Source: Terriglobia bacterium (GTDB taxonomy: Bacteria; Acidobacteriota; Polarisedimenticolia; Polarisedimenticolales; JAIQFR01). Taken from it: DNA of 64,000 nucleotides. A program made the translations under genes and the position numbers. Positions 10,565 through 20,455 of the stretch are shown here, piece after piece. The notes beneath the pieces are model-generated. The model was not told the DNA's origin, searched no databases, and saw only the letters and a list, made by a program, of their open reading frames with translations. The stretch spans positions 128,001-192,000 of the forward strand of contig CAVVHE010000004.1 in NCBI GenBank assembly GCA_963748015.1. The letters are read 5' to 3'. How positions within the stretch are numbered: position 1 is the first letter of the stretch; every line of letters starts with the position of its first letter.

Positions 10565-10645
10565 CCCCGCGCTCGAAGAGCGAGCCCTTCATGATCAATG
10601 AGTTAGGCGGGCACAGCTCGCGGGCCGCGCCCGCATCGAGGCCAA

Positions 10646-12994
10646 CTATTTGGAGGAATCCAAGGGTTTGGATGGGCGGCCAACCCTCAGGGCCCTTTCT
10701 TGGTGCGACACGATCGAGGCACCTTTGTGGCTCGCGTCCACGCGGAGGGTGTACGAACCGTCGCCGACGCCGCTCAGATCGAGTCGCGTGACCGCGTCGA
10801 AGGCGCCTCGTTCGAGGGCCTTCTTGAAGTAGACCACCTGGGCGGGTGGGACGATCTCGCCGCTTCCGTCGGCGGGGACGAGAACGTACTCGAGGGACAG
10901 GCCGCTCGGGGCGCCCGTGGCCGGGTCGGTGACGACGTGGTAGACGCGGAAGAAGAGCGTGACCGGCTTCGCGGAATCGAGGATCGCCGACGAATCGCCG
11001 GCGACCCGCCAACCGTTGGCGAGCTTGAACGGGTCGTCCCCCGGACGGTCGGAACCGGCGTCTCCGGCGTCGCTCGCCGTGAACACGTCCGCGACGAGCG
11101 GCGGCAGCCGGGTGGTCTCGCCCGACACCATGAGGCCGGAGACCCGGAGGCCGCTCGACGCGAAATCGGGGACGCTGGTCGCGCCGTTCCAGCTCGCCTC
11201 GACGTCGAGGCCGTTCAACCTCATCCAGGCTTCGACCTCGTAGCGGCCGGGAGCGAGCTCGATCGCTTCCGTCAGCCGGAGCCCGTCACGGAGGGCCTCC
11301 TGCATCTCCGGCTTCCCCGAGATCCGGTAGGAGCGCTCCTTCCGCGCGATCTCGAGCCCCCCGGCCCGAGCGACGATTCTCGTGGAGACGTCGAGCGACG
11401 TCCCGCCGCCCGACGCGATCGGGTTCACCCTGCCCAAGAGGAGCAGCGGCAGGCTCAGGAGCCCCTTCCCCTCTCGGCCGGAAAAGGCCACGGGCACGCA
11501 GAGGAGACGGACACCTTCCTCGCCGCGCGCGGGGGCCGCGGCGGGCCGGCTCGCCGCGCGCGCGGGAACGGCCGCGGCGGAATCCGGAGCGGGAGCGTCC
11601 TTCGACCAATCGTAGCGGCCGCGCCGGGCGAGGATGCGGACGCCGGGGCGGCTCACGGAGACGTCGATCGCGCGATATCGCTCGCGGCGGGGGCGCGCGG
11701 CCGCGCCCGCCGCCCCTTCGAGCTCCGGCGGCCGCCACCCGATCAGGTAGTAGTGGCGCGTGTCGTCGTCCATCGCCTCGAGCGATCGCCGGTAATCGCG
11801 CCCTCCGACGAACCGGCCGCCGGACTCGTTGGAGAGGACCGCGACGATCTGGTTCTGCGCCGAGACCGAATTGCCCCCCGGCCCCATGCCCCGTCCCATC
11901 TGCTCGAGGAAGTCGGCCGGCAGTCCGAGCTGGTCCGCGATGGATCCATCGCTCGCGCCCGCGGACGCGTCGCCGAGGACCTTTTCCTCGCCGATGTCCA
12001 TCCCGTAGATGGACACCCTCGCCCGCTCGAGCGCGCGGATCGCTTTCCGGAACTCCAGGGTGAAGCCCATGTCCGCGGCTTCATCCCGGGACGGAGCCAT
12101 CGGGAAGCCTCCGGAGAAAAGAACGAGCGTCTTGCGGCCGGGAACGGACTCGAGCGTTTCGGCGAGGGACTGGAGGCCGATGTAGAACTCCCGCCTCGAT
12201 GCCGCGTTCTGGCTGGCGCCGAATTGCGCCTGCGTGAGCAACCGGTTCTGGATGTCGGCGCTCGAGCCGATCAGCCCGGTTCGCAGCGCGTTGTCGGTGA
12301 TCTGGTCGCCGAGCGATTCCCCGCCGAAGTACCGGATCTGCTCGAGCGCCTCGTCGAGGCCCCCGGGGTCCGACGTGAAGAAGGTGATCGCGCGGAGGAA
12401 CGGGGACATCTCGTACACCGCCGCGGAGTCGGTCGGCCCCATGCGCGTGCGGAGGAACTCCTTGGCGGCGCGGCGCGCCTGCACGAGGCGGAGTGCCGAG
12501 GTGTTGTTGTAGCCGTCGAAGACCAGCACGAACCGGCGCTGGCTCTCCTGTCGCTTGGCGATTCCCCGAGGTGCCGCCGCCGTCTTCGGAGCTTCCGCCG
12601 GCGGCCGGTCGGGTGAGGCGGCTGGGGGAGGGGAGGACGGGCCGGCTTCCGTCTTCGCGGCGGCTTCCGGAATGGGCGAGCCCACGAGATCGATCTCGTC
12701 GAAGCTCTCGATCGGCACGACCTGGCCGTCCTCCTTGACCGTGAACTCCTCCCGCTTCAACCCCCTCACGTGCCGTCCCGCGCGGTCCACGGGGACCGCC
12801 TCGATCAGCACGAGCGACACGGTGACCTTCTCGGTGAGCCCCGTCGAAACCACCGGCGCTCCGGGCTTGGGCGGCGCGGGATCGGGAGGCAGGGGGGCCG
12901 CCGGCGCGAGCAGGGGCGGGGCAAGAAGGAGCAGCAGGAGGAGGAGCGGCGCGCCTCGCTTCGGGCCACCGTTCTCCGGCCGAGCCCGCGTCAT
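10646..12994 (-). CDS. Exported VWA-domain protein (acidobacterial VWFA-related type) with C-terminal beta-sandwich domains
   Basis: Signal peptide, VSLVLIEAVPVDRAGRHVRGLKREEFTVKEDG, FVLVFD, PGRKTLVLFSGG, SGGRF, YYLIGW, ARRG. Confidence 0.8.
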   Translation of the reverse strand: MTRARPENGGPKRGAPLLLLLLLLAPPLLAPAAPLPPDPAPPKPGAPVVSTGLTEKVTVSLVLIEAVPVDRAGRHVRGLKREEFTVKEDGQVVPIESFDEIDLVGSPIPEAAAKTEAGPSSPPPAASPDRPPAEAPKTAAAPRGIAKRQESQRRFVLVFDGYNNTSALRLVQARRAAKEFLRTRMGPTDSAAVYEMSPFLRAITFFTSDPGGLDEALEQIRYFGGESLGDQITDNALRTGLIGSSADIQNRLLTQAQFGASQNAASRREFYIGLQSLAETLESVPGRKTLVLFSGGFPMAPSRDEAADMGFTLEFRKAIRALERARVSIYGMDIGEEKVLGDASAGASDGSIADQLGLPADFLEQMGRGMGPGGNSVSAQNQIVAVLSNESGGRFVGGRDYRRSLEAMDDDTRHYYLIGWRPPELEGAAGAAARPRRERYRAIDVSVSRPGVRILARRGRYDWSKDAPAPDSAAAVPARAASRPAAAPARGEEGVRLLCVPVAFSGREGKGLLSLPLLLLGRVNPIASGGGTSLDVSTRIVARAGGLEIARKERSYRISGKPEMQEALRDGLRLTEAIELAPGRYEVEAWMRLNGLDVEASWNGATSVPDFASSGLRVSGLMVSGETTRLPPLVADVFTASDAGDAGSDRPGDDPFKLANGWRVAGDSSAILDSAKPVTLFFRVYHVVTDPATGAPSGLSLEYVLVPADGSGEIVPPAQVVYFKKALERGAFDAVTRLDLSGVGDGSYTLRVDASHKGASIVSHQERALRVGRPSKPLDSSK

Positions 12995-13019
12995 CGCTTC
13001 CCGCTCCCCGCCCCCGAGG

Positions 13020-14231
13020 TCATTTCTTGGAGATCTTCTTGATGATTTCCTTCACTTCGGCGGCGTCCGGCGCTCCGGGGGCGATCTCGAGATAGCGTTG
13101 CAGCTCCTCGAGCGCCTTGTCGTGCTGGCCGAGGTTGACCATGCAGTAGCCGAGCTGCCGGTGCGCGTCGGGCAGCTTGGGGTCGAGCTCGATCGCGCGG
13201 GCGAAGGCTCCGGCCGCGGCGGCCGCGTTTCCCTTGTTCCAGGCCTGGACCCCGATGTTGAACTGGATCGCCGGGTCGTTCTTCACGCTCTCGGGAGCCG
13301 CCGCGAGCAGCGACTTGACCTCGTCGTCCTTCCCCTGCCGCAGGTACACCTCGAGGAGCTGCGTGAACGCGACGTCGTTGGCCGGGTCCACCTCGATGAC
13401 CTTGCGAAGGGCCTGCACCCGCTCGTCCTCCCGGTTCATCTTCTTCGCCAGCATCGCGACCCGCACGTACGCGTCGCGCTTCAAGGAGCTGTCCTGGGCC
13501 GACTCCGCCTCCTTGCGGTAGTCCGCCAGCGCGGCTTCGTTGTCGCCCTTCTTCTCGAGAATCACCCCTCGCAGCAGGTGGGCGCCCGGGAAGGCGTCGT
13601 CCAGGGAGATGGCCTTGTCGATCTCGGTTCCGGCCTCCGCGTCCTTACCGTCCTGGAAGTCGAGGAATGCGGCGAGGTAGAGAAGCCGCGCGTCGTTGGG
13701 GGTGATCTCGAGGGTGCGGGCGATCTCGTTGCGGGCCTTCGCGCCGTCTCCCTTCTGGACGAGCCCCACCAGGTCACCGGTGCCCATCACGGCGAGCCCG
13801 GTTCCGAATTCACCGGCGCCGGCCGACGACGGCGCCAAGGTGAAGTCGTACGTCACGGTGTCGGTGTCGCCGACCGAGAGATCGGGCATCTTGCTGCCGG
13901 GCTGCACGGGGCCCTTGAACTCGAACTTCTTCCTGTTTTCCTTGTCGCGGACGAGGATGTCCACCGCCGACACGCGGAACCCCTGCGCCGTCACGTGGAC
14001 GGTGTAGTCGCCTCCGCTCACCATGCCGAAGAAGTACTGCCCCTTCTTCTTCGTCCTGGCCTCGAGCGCCGGCTCTCCGGGCTCGACGGGCTCGAGTTTG
14101 ACGAGGACGTCGTTCGCGGGCTCTCCGGCCGCGTTGACGGCCTTGCCCGAGACGCGAGTGGCCGCGAAGACCAGGGAGCCCGTGCCGAGAAGGGTGAGGA
14201 GCACGGCGAGTTGCAGGGCGCGCTTCAGCAT
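13020..14231 (-). CDS. Exported protein with carboxypeptidase-regulatory-like domain and TPR repeats
   Basis: Signal peptide, VSGKAVNAAGEP...GQYFF...GDYTV, repeated TPR helices (RAIELDP...AHRQLG). Confidence 0.8.
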   Translation of the reverse strand: MLKRALQLAVLLTLLGTGSLVFAATRVSGKAVNAAGEPANDVLVKLEPVEPGEPALEARTKKKGQYFFGMVSGGDYTVHVTAQGFRVSAVDILVRDKENRKKFEFKGPVQPGSKMPDLSVGDTDTVTYDFTLAPSSAGAGEFGTGLAVMGTGDLVGLVQKGDGAKARNEIARTLEITPNDARLLYLAAFLDFQDGKDAEAGTEIDKAISLDDAFPGAHLLRGVILEKKGDNEAALADYRKEAESAQDSSLKRDAYVRVAMLAKKMNREDERVQALRKVIEVDPANDVAFTQLLEVYLRQGKDDEVKSLLAAAPESVKNDPAIQFNIGVQAWNKGNAAAAAGAFARAIELDPKLPDAHRQLGYCMVNLGQHDKALEELQRYLEIAPGAPDAAEVKEIIKKISKK

Positions 14232-14422
14232 CGGTTCACCTCTTTCGGTTCGTCCGCGGATGGGACTCCGCGGCGCTGTCGTTGCGGGCCGGGCGCGGCT
14301 CTCTCAGCATGCCGAAACCCTCCGAAGCCTCGATCATCAGGTTAGCACATCGTCCGCCCGGGAATCGGCCGGCGCGGACGGCGGGGCGCGGCCACCGACC
14401 GATTTCTGCTAGCATCCTCCAC

Positions 14423-16267
14423 ATGGCGAGTTTCCGCAGATTCCTGCGGTACATGAAGCCCTACCTGGGCCGGACGATCGCGGCGACCCTGATGCTCGCG
14501 GTGGCGGGCGGGCTGATGTCCCTCGTGGTGGCGACCGTCAAGCCGCTGGTGAAGGACGTTCTCATGCCGGCGGTGGCGGAGAAGGCGCCCGTGCCGCCCT
14601 CGGCGTCCGCGCCGCCGGCGGACGTCGGGCGCGACTTCCTGGAGCGAGCGAAAACGTCGCTGGGGACCGAGCGGTTCTCGTCATGGATGAAGGACCGCCC
14701 CTACGTCAAGGTGCCGGTCATCCTCGTCCTCGTGTTCTGCCTGCGCGCGGTGTTCCTCTATTTCGGCGGCTACCTGACGAACAAGGTCGGGGCGTCGGTG
14801 ATCCGCGACCTCAGGGCGGACCTCTATTCCTCGGTGACCTTCCAGTCGCTCAAGTTCTTCCAGGCGAATCCCACGGGCCTCGTCCTCTCGCGGATCCTCC
14901 ACGACGTCGGCCACCTCCAGAGGGTCACGACGTTCGTCCTCTCCAACCTCTTCCAGCTCGGGACGCAGGTGCCCTTCGTCCTGATCGTGATGTTCTTCTT
15001 CGACTGGAAGATGTCGATCTACGTTCTGGGGGTGCTCGCGCTGCTCGCGTACCCGACGATGCGCCTGGGAAAGCGGATGCGCCGCGCTTCGAAGCGCTCG
15101 CAGGAGAGCATGGCCGAGGCGGCGAGCCTGGTCGCCGAGGCCGTGACCGGCGCCAAGGTGGTGCAGGGGTTCGCCATGGAGCGGTTCGAGATCGCCCGCT
15201 TCCGGGCGGCGCTCGAGAGGATGCTCAAGGCGGATCTCAAGGGCGGGCGGGCGTCGGCGCTCGCGCCGGCGGTCACGGAGTTCGTGGCCGCCTTCGCCTG
15301 CGGCGCCTTCTTCTACGTGGCGGGGCTCAAGATCCACCAGGGGAGGCTCGACGCGGGCAACTTCGCGGTCGTCGTGACCGGCCTGGGCATCCTCCTGGCC
15401 TCCATCCGGCGTTTCCAGACCCTGAACGCGGAGCTGCAGCAGGCGTTCGCCGCGGCGACCCGCGTGTTCGACATGATGGACCGCGAGCGGGACATCCGTG
15501 ACGCCCACGGTGCTACGCCGCTGCCGCCGTTCCGGAGCGAGATCCGGTTCGACGACGTGGACTTCGCGTACGAGGACGAGAAGGTCCTCGAGCGGATCCG
15601 CCTCACGTTCAGGAAGGGCGAGGTCGTCGCGCTGGTCGGGGAATCCGGGTCCGGGAAGTCCACGATAGCGAATCTCGTCCCGAGGTTCTACGATCCGACC
15701 GCCGGGCGGATCCTGGTGGACGGCGTGGACATCCGGGAGGCGACGCTCGCGTCCCTGAGGTCCCAGATCGGCCTCGTCACGCAGGAAACCGTCCTGTTCG
15801 ACGACACCGTCCGCAACAACGTCGCCTACGGGCGGGCCGACGTGCCGATCGAGCGGGTGATCGAGGCGGCGCGCGCCGCCCACGCCCACGAGTTCATCGA
15901 GGCCCTCCCTCTAGGGTACGACACGGTGCTCGGCGAGCGAGGGACGAGGCTGTCGATGGGGCAGCGGCAGCGGATCACGATCGCGCGCGCGCTTCTCAAG
16001 GATCCGCCGATCCTGATCCTCGACGAGGCCACCTCGGCCCTCGATTCCGAATCGGAGATGCTCGTCCAGACCGCTCTCGAAGTGCTCATGCGGGGGAGGA
16101 CCAGCATCGTCATCGCCCACCGCCTGTCCACCATCCGCAGGGCGGACCGGATCGTGGTGATGGACGCCGGGAGGGTGGTCGAGGAGGGGACTCACGGCGA
16201 GCTCCTCGCCCGCGGCGGCGCCTACGCGCGCCTCCACGCCCTCCAGTTCCGGGACGCGCCGCCTTGA
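14423..16267 (+). CDS. ABC exporter (TMD+NBD), MsbA/lipid flippase-like
   Basis: Six TM helices, Walker A GESGSGKST, LSMGQRQR signature, ILDEATSALD, IAHRLST. Confidence 0.88.
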   Translation: MASFRRFLRYMKPYLGRTIAATLMLAVAGGLMSLVVATVKPLVKDVLMPAVAEKAPVPPSASAPPADVGRDFLERAKTSLGTERFSSWMKDRPYVKVPVILVLVFCLRAVFLYFGGYLTNKVGASVIRDLRADLYSSVTFQSLKFFQANPTGLVLSRILHDVGHLQRVTTFVLSNLFQLGTQVPFVLIVMFFFDWKMSIYVLGVLALLAYPTMRLGKRMRRASKRSQESMAEAASLVAEAVTGAKVVQGFAMERFEIARFRAALERMLKADLKGGRASALAPAVTEFVAAFACGAFFYVAGLKIHQGRLDAGNFAVVVTGLGILLASIRRFQTLNAELQQAFAAATRVFDMMDRERDIRDAHGATPLPPFRSEIRFDDVDFAYEDEKVLERIRLTFRKGEVVALVGESGSGKSTIANLVPRFYDPTAGRILVDGVDIREATLASLRSQIGLVTQETVLFDDTVRNNVAYGRADVPIERVIEAARAAHAHEFIEALPLGYDTVLGERGTRLSMGQRQRITIARALLKDPPILILDEATSALDSESEMLVQTALEVLMRGRTSIVIAHRLSTIRRADRIVVMDAGRVVEEGTHGELLARGGAYARLHALQFRDAPP

Positions 16268-17883
16268 CCCTGCTCCCCCCGGGACGCGCGGAGGTCCGAC
16301 GGGACCTCGTGGCCCTCGGGTTAGGGGCGGCGGTCCTCTTCTTCGTCTCGCTCGGCGCGCGCGATCTCTGGCAGCCGAACGAGCCCACTTACGGGCAGGC
16401 GGTCGCGGAGATGTCCCGCTCGGGGGACTGGATCGTCCCGACGGTCAACGGGCGGGTGTTCGCCGAGAAGCCGGTGCTGTACTACTGGATGGCCCTGGTC
16501 TCGGGGGCCGTTCTCGGCGGTGTCTCCGAGCTCTCGCTCCGCGTGCCAGCGGCCGCGTCCGGCGTGCTCGGCGTCCTGCTGACCTACCTTCTCGTGCTCC
16601 CCTACGCCGGCCGGAACAGGGCGCGACTGGCCGCGGCGATTCTCGCCACCACCTACGGCGTCTTCTGGAACTCCCGCGCGGTGCAGATGGACATCCTGGT
16701 CGTGGTGTCCACGCTGGCGGCGGTACTCGCCGTCGTCCGGGTGGCGGACCACGGCGCTCCGCCGCTCCGGGGGTTCGCGATCGCGGGCCTCGCGGCGGGA
16801 CTCGGATTCCTGGGCAAGGGGCCCGTGAGCTGGATCTGCCCGGCGATCGTGCTCGTCCCGTACCTCGCCGCGAGCGGCAGGCTTTCCCTCCTTCGCTCGC
16901 GCGCGGCCGCCGCCGGGGCCGCGCTCTGCCTCGCCGTGGCGGTCCCGTGGGTGTTGGCACTCCTCGCCCGCGGCGAGGCGGGGTTCCTCCGCGAGATGCT
17001 CTTCCGCCAGAACGTGACGCGGTTTCTCGCGGCATGGGATCACCAAGCGCCCCCCTGGTACTACCTCTGGAACTTCTGGATCGACATGATGCCGTGGGGC
17101 TGGTTCCTTCCCATCGCCGCTCTCCTTCCGGGACGGGACCGGGAGGAGCGGCGCCTCGACCTGCTCGCGTGGATCTGGATCGGCGCGACGATCGTGTTCT
17201 TCTCGCTGTCGGAGAGCAAGCGGAGCGTGTACATCCTTCCCGTCGCCCCGGCCGTCGCCGTTCTCGTCGCGGGTGTCGGATCGAGGCTCGCGGACGGCAC
17301 GCTTCCGCGAGCGAGACGGATCGCGGCCCTCGCCCTCCTGGCGGTGAGCGGCGCGCTCGCGGCCGCCGGGGGGGGGGCGGTCCTGTTTCGCCTGGTTCCG
17401 CGCTACCCGGAAGCCGCCGTCGAGGCGAGGATGCTGGGGTGGCTGCTCGTCGCCGGGGGCGCGGCGATCCTCGTGGCGTTCCTTGGCCCGTCCAGGGTCC
17501 GGACCACGGCCCCGGCCGCGCTTCTCTCCCTGGTGCTCTCCCTCGAGCTGCTCGCGGCGGTCGCCCTTCTTCCGGCCGCGAACCGCTACAAGTCCGCGCG
17601 GGCCTTCTGCGAGCAGGTGACCGCGCGCGTGTCGGAGGCGGAGCCCCTCGCCTCGTACCGCTTCTGGACGTGGAGGGCGAGTTACGCCTTCTACACGCGC
17701 CGCGCGATCCTCAACCTCGAGTCGCCGGAAGAGCTGGCCTCGTTCGCCGCCGCGCGCCCCTCGTCGTTCGTGATCGTCGAGGACGACGGTCTGGCGGAGG
17801 CGGAGCGGGTCCTCGGGAGCCGCGAGCCTCTCCTCAAGGCCGGCATCGGCGGCACGACCGCCTACCTCCTGCCCTGCCGTTGA
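16264..17883 (+). CDS. ArnT/GT39-family polyprenyl-phosphate-sugar-dependent glycosyltransferase
   Basis: LWQPNEPTY...EM...GDWIVPTVNG...EKPVLYYW, GFLGKGP, H-x-x-PPWYY, FFSLSESKR-x-x-YILP. Confidence 0.85.
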   Translation: MTLLPPGRAEVRRDLVALGLGAAVLFFVSLGARDLWQPNEPTYGQAVAEMSRSGDWIVPTVNGRVFAEKPVLYYWMALVSGAVLGGVSELSLRVPAAASGVLGVLLTYLLVLPYAGRNRARLAAAILATTYGVFWNSRAVQMDILVVVSTLAAVLAVVRVADHGAPPLRGFAIAGLAAGLGFLGKGPVSWICPAIVLVPYLAASGRLSLLRSRAAAAGAALCLAVAVPWVLALLARGEAGFLREMLFRQNVTRFLAAWDHQAPPWYYLWNFWIDMMPWGWFLPIAALLPGRDREERRLDLLAWIWIGATIVFFSLSESKRSVYILPVAPAVAVLVAGVGSRLADGTLPRARRIAALALLAVSGALAAAGGGAVLFRLVPRYPEAAVEARMLGWLLVAGGAAILVAFLGPSRVRTTAPAALLSLVLSLELLAAVALLPAANRYKSARAFCEQVTARVSEAEPLASYRFWTWRASYAFYTRRAILNLESPEELASFAAARPSSFVIVEDDGLAEAERVLGSREPLLKAGIGGTTAYLLPCR

Positions 17884-17895
17884 GGCGAGCCGGCG

Positions 17896-18534
17896 TCAGC
17901 GGGCGGGAGCGCTCACGGCTGCGGGCGGCGCCTCCGCGGCGGCGTCCTCGCGCAGCGCGTCTCCCTCGAGCGCGTAGGCCCGCCAGAGCATCGTCAGCGA
18001 GATCAGGAGGACGCCGACCACCATCCAGTGCTCGCGGTTCCGCAGCATGCGGTCCGACGACCAGCCGGCGGAGGCTCCTTCGGGATAGGGGTGCAGCATC
18101 GGGAACAGGGCGGGAACGGCCCGGTAGTAGCGCTCGAACGCCTCTCCGTGCTTCTCGCGCAGGCGCGCCGGCTCGACGCGCTCCTTGCGCCTGAGGTAGG
18201 AGCCGAAGAACACGGCGCACCCCGCCGCAAGGACGATCCATTGGGCGCCGTAGGGAAGTCTCGCCATGACGCAGAGGCCCGCGAAGATCAGGAGCCGGCC
18301 GAGGTAGAGAGGGTTCCGCGTGAACCGGTACGGCCCCGAGGTGACCAGCTCCTCGGTCTTGAGGAGATGCCCCGCGGCCCAGAAGCGAATCGCCTCGCCG
18401 ACGAGCATCACGCCGAATCCCACGGTCACCGACAGGGGGGTCGGTCTCGAGAGCGCCGCCATCAGTCCGACGAGGAGGTACACCGACGCGAGGCGCGAGA
18501 GGTAGAGCATGCGATGAAACGGCCGCTTTCCCAA
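17896..18534 (-). CDS. ICMT/PEMT-family integral membrane methyltransferase
   Basis: IRFWAAGHL, LVTSGPYRFTRNPLYLG, E...L...HGEAFERY...VP; TTG 18534 has GAGGAGG RBS 8 nt upstream. Confidence 0.8.
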   Translation of the reverse strand: MGKRPFHRMLYLSRLASVYLLVGLMAALSRPTPLSVTVGFGVMLVGEAIRFWAAGHLLKTEELVTSGPYRFTRNPLYLGRLLIFAGLCVMARLPYGAQWIVLAAGCAVFFGSYLRRKERVEPARLREKHGEAFERYYRAVPALFPMLHPYPEGASAGWSSDRMLRNREHWMVVGVLLISLTMLWRAYALEGDALREDAAAEAPPAAVSAPAR

Positions 18535-18594
18535 TCGTCGAGCCTCCTCGTGACCCGCGGGGAGCATAACCCACGCGGGGCCCTTCGTGCTCTT

Positions 18595-20451
18595 TCAGCG
18601 CGGGCCCGGAGCGGCCGATGCCGCGAGGCGCCGCGCGAGCTCGAGGTTGCGCCGCGCTTCCTCCATGTCCGGACGCAGGCGCAGCGCTTCCTCGAGGTGC
18701 GAGATCCCCTCGTCGAGACGGCCGCCCCGCGCGAGGAGCGTCCCGAGATCGTAGTGCGCCGCCGCGTCGCCCGGGCGGACGCGGAGCCCCTCTCGGTAAC
18801 GCTCCGCCGCCTCGCTCGCGCGTCCCGAGCGGGCAAGGGCGTTCGCGAGTCCGAACAGGAGATCGGGATCGCCGGGGGCGGACCGTAGCGCCGCCTCGTA
18901 CTCCGCGACGGCTTCCCCGGCGCGCCCGGCCGCGGCGAGGAGGCCGGCCAGGGCGGCCCTCGCCGCGTCGGACCCGGGCCGCAGCCGGACCGCCTCGCGA
19001 AGCTCGGCGAGCGCGTCCGCGGAACGCCCCGAGCGCGCGAGCAGGAGACCGAGGTTCTCGTGGGCGCCCGCGTGGTCGGGCTTCAGGCGGACCGCGTCCT
19101 CGAGGTGCGCGATCGCTTCTTCCGTCTCCCCGCGCGCCGCGAGCAGCCCCGCGAGATTGTTGTGCGCCATCCAGGCCGCCGGGTTCCGGGCGAGGGTGTC
19201 CCGCCAGAGGGTCTCCTCGTCACGGAACGCCAGGGACCGGTTCCAGGTGAGCGCGGCGAGCGCCACGAGCAGCGCGACCGCCAGCGCTCGCCCGAGCCAC
19301 GGGGGAGCGCCGAACCGTCTCAGCGCGAGGAAGGCGCAGGCGGCGAACAGCGCGATGGGCGCGGCGCTCGCGAGGTACTGGAAGTGGTCGGCGACGAAGG
19401 AGTACCGCATCGGGTAGACGTTGAAGAACCCCATCGCGGGGAAGAGCGTGACGAGGAACGCGCCCAGGGCGACGAGCGGCGCGGGGCCCATTCGCTTCCT
19501 GGAGGCCGCGAGCGCCGCTGCGGTCGCGACGATCGCCGCCGGCCCGAGCCACGCGGCGGCGTCCCTCGCGCTCACCGTCCAGCGCGGATAGACGAACGTC
19601 AGCCCCGACGGCCAGGCGAGCTTCGAGAGATAGAACCACGGCACCCGTCCGGCGAGAAGCAGGCGCTCGAGCGGCGGGAGCGACCACTCCGCCCCCTCCG
19701 CGCCGATCTGGTGCCGCTCGAGGAAGACCGTCGCGAGACCCGCGGCCGCGCCGGCGAGCAGCATCGCAGCGAGGAGGACGGCTTCCCGCCGGGCGAGTCT
19801 TCCGCTCTTCCACAAGGTGATCCCGCCCGCGACCACCGCCACCGTCGCGGTGACCGTCTTGCTCAGCAGGGCGAGCACGAACAGGACCACCGAGAGCGCG
19901 CCGGCCCGCGCGCGGCGGGTAGCGCCGGCCGCGCCCTGGGCGCTCGCCGCGCCGAGCGAGAAACGGAGCCACGCGAGCAGCGCGCCCAGCGCGAGAACCC
20001 CCGACAGGACGTTCTTGCGCTCGGATATCCACGCCACCGACTCGACGTGGACCGGGTGCAGCGCGAACACCGCGGCGGCAAAGAGCGCCCCGGGAGCCTC
20101 GAGGGCGGCCAGGATGCGCCAGAGGAGGAGCGCGCATGCCGCGTGCAGCAGCACGTTCACGAGGTGATAGCCGAGCGGGGACGATCCCCAGAGGCGGTGC
20201 TCGATCCAGAAGGTGGTGTGCGTCAGGGGGTAATACTGCGGCGTCGCGGAGGGGTCGAGCCAGATCCGCGCGAGCCCGGCCGCGTCGAGCAGCGCGGGAT
20301 TGCGGGTCACGTGATAGTCGTCGTCCCAGACGAAGCCGGCACGTAGCGCTGGCGCGTACGCGGCGAGCGTGGCGGCGAGGAGGAGCGACGCCGTCCACGC
20401 GAGGGATCGTTCGCTCGCCGTGCCGCCGCGCCGCCCCGGTCTCTCGGCCAC
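18595..20451 (-). CDS. TMTC-like GT-C membrane glycosyltransferase with C-terminal TPR repeats
   Basis: FVWDD, YYPL, YHLVNVLLH, FALHPVHVESVAWISERKN, LLSK, ADHFQYL, then TPRs; GTG 20451 just after the kinase stop. Confidence 0.8.
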   Translation of the reverse strand: MAERPGRRGGTASERSLAWTASLLLAATLAAYAPALRAGFVWDDDYHVTRNPALLDAAGLARIWLDPSATPQYYPLTHTTFWIEHRLWGSSPLGYHLVNVLLHAACALLLWRILAALEAPGALFAAAVFALHPVHVESVAWISERKNVLSGVLALGALLAWLRFSLGAASAQGAAGATRRARAGALSVVLFVLALLSKTVTATVAVVAGGITLWKSGRLARREAVLLAAMLLAGAAAGLATVFLERHQIGAEGAEWSLPPLERLLLAGRVPWFYLSKLAWPSGLTFVYPRWTVSARDAAAWLGPAAIVATAAALAASRKRMGPAPLVALGAFLVTLFPAMGFFNVYPMRYSFVADHFQYLASAAPIALFAACAFLALRRFGAPPWLGRALAVALLVALAALTWNRSLAFRDEETLWRDTLARNPAAWMAHNNLAGLLAARGETEEAIAHLEDAVRLKPDHAGAHENLGLLLARSGRSADALAELREAVRLRPGSDAARAALAGLLAAAGRAGEAVAEYEAALRSAPGDPDLLFGLANALARSGRASEAAERYREGLRVRPGDAAAHYDLGTLLARGGRLDEGISHLEEALRLRPDMEEARRNLELARRLAASAAPGPR

Positions 20452-20455
20452 GCCG

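Noticed and set aside
6751..10791. 1346-aa + strand ORF
   Set aside because: Antisense shadow of the TonB receptor caused by GC3 codon bias; no motifs.
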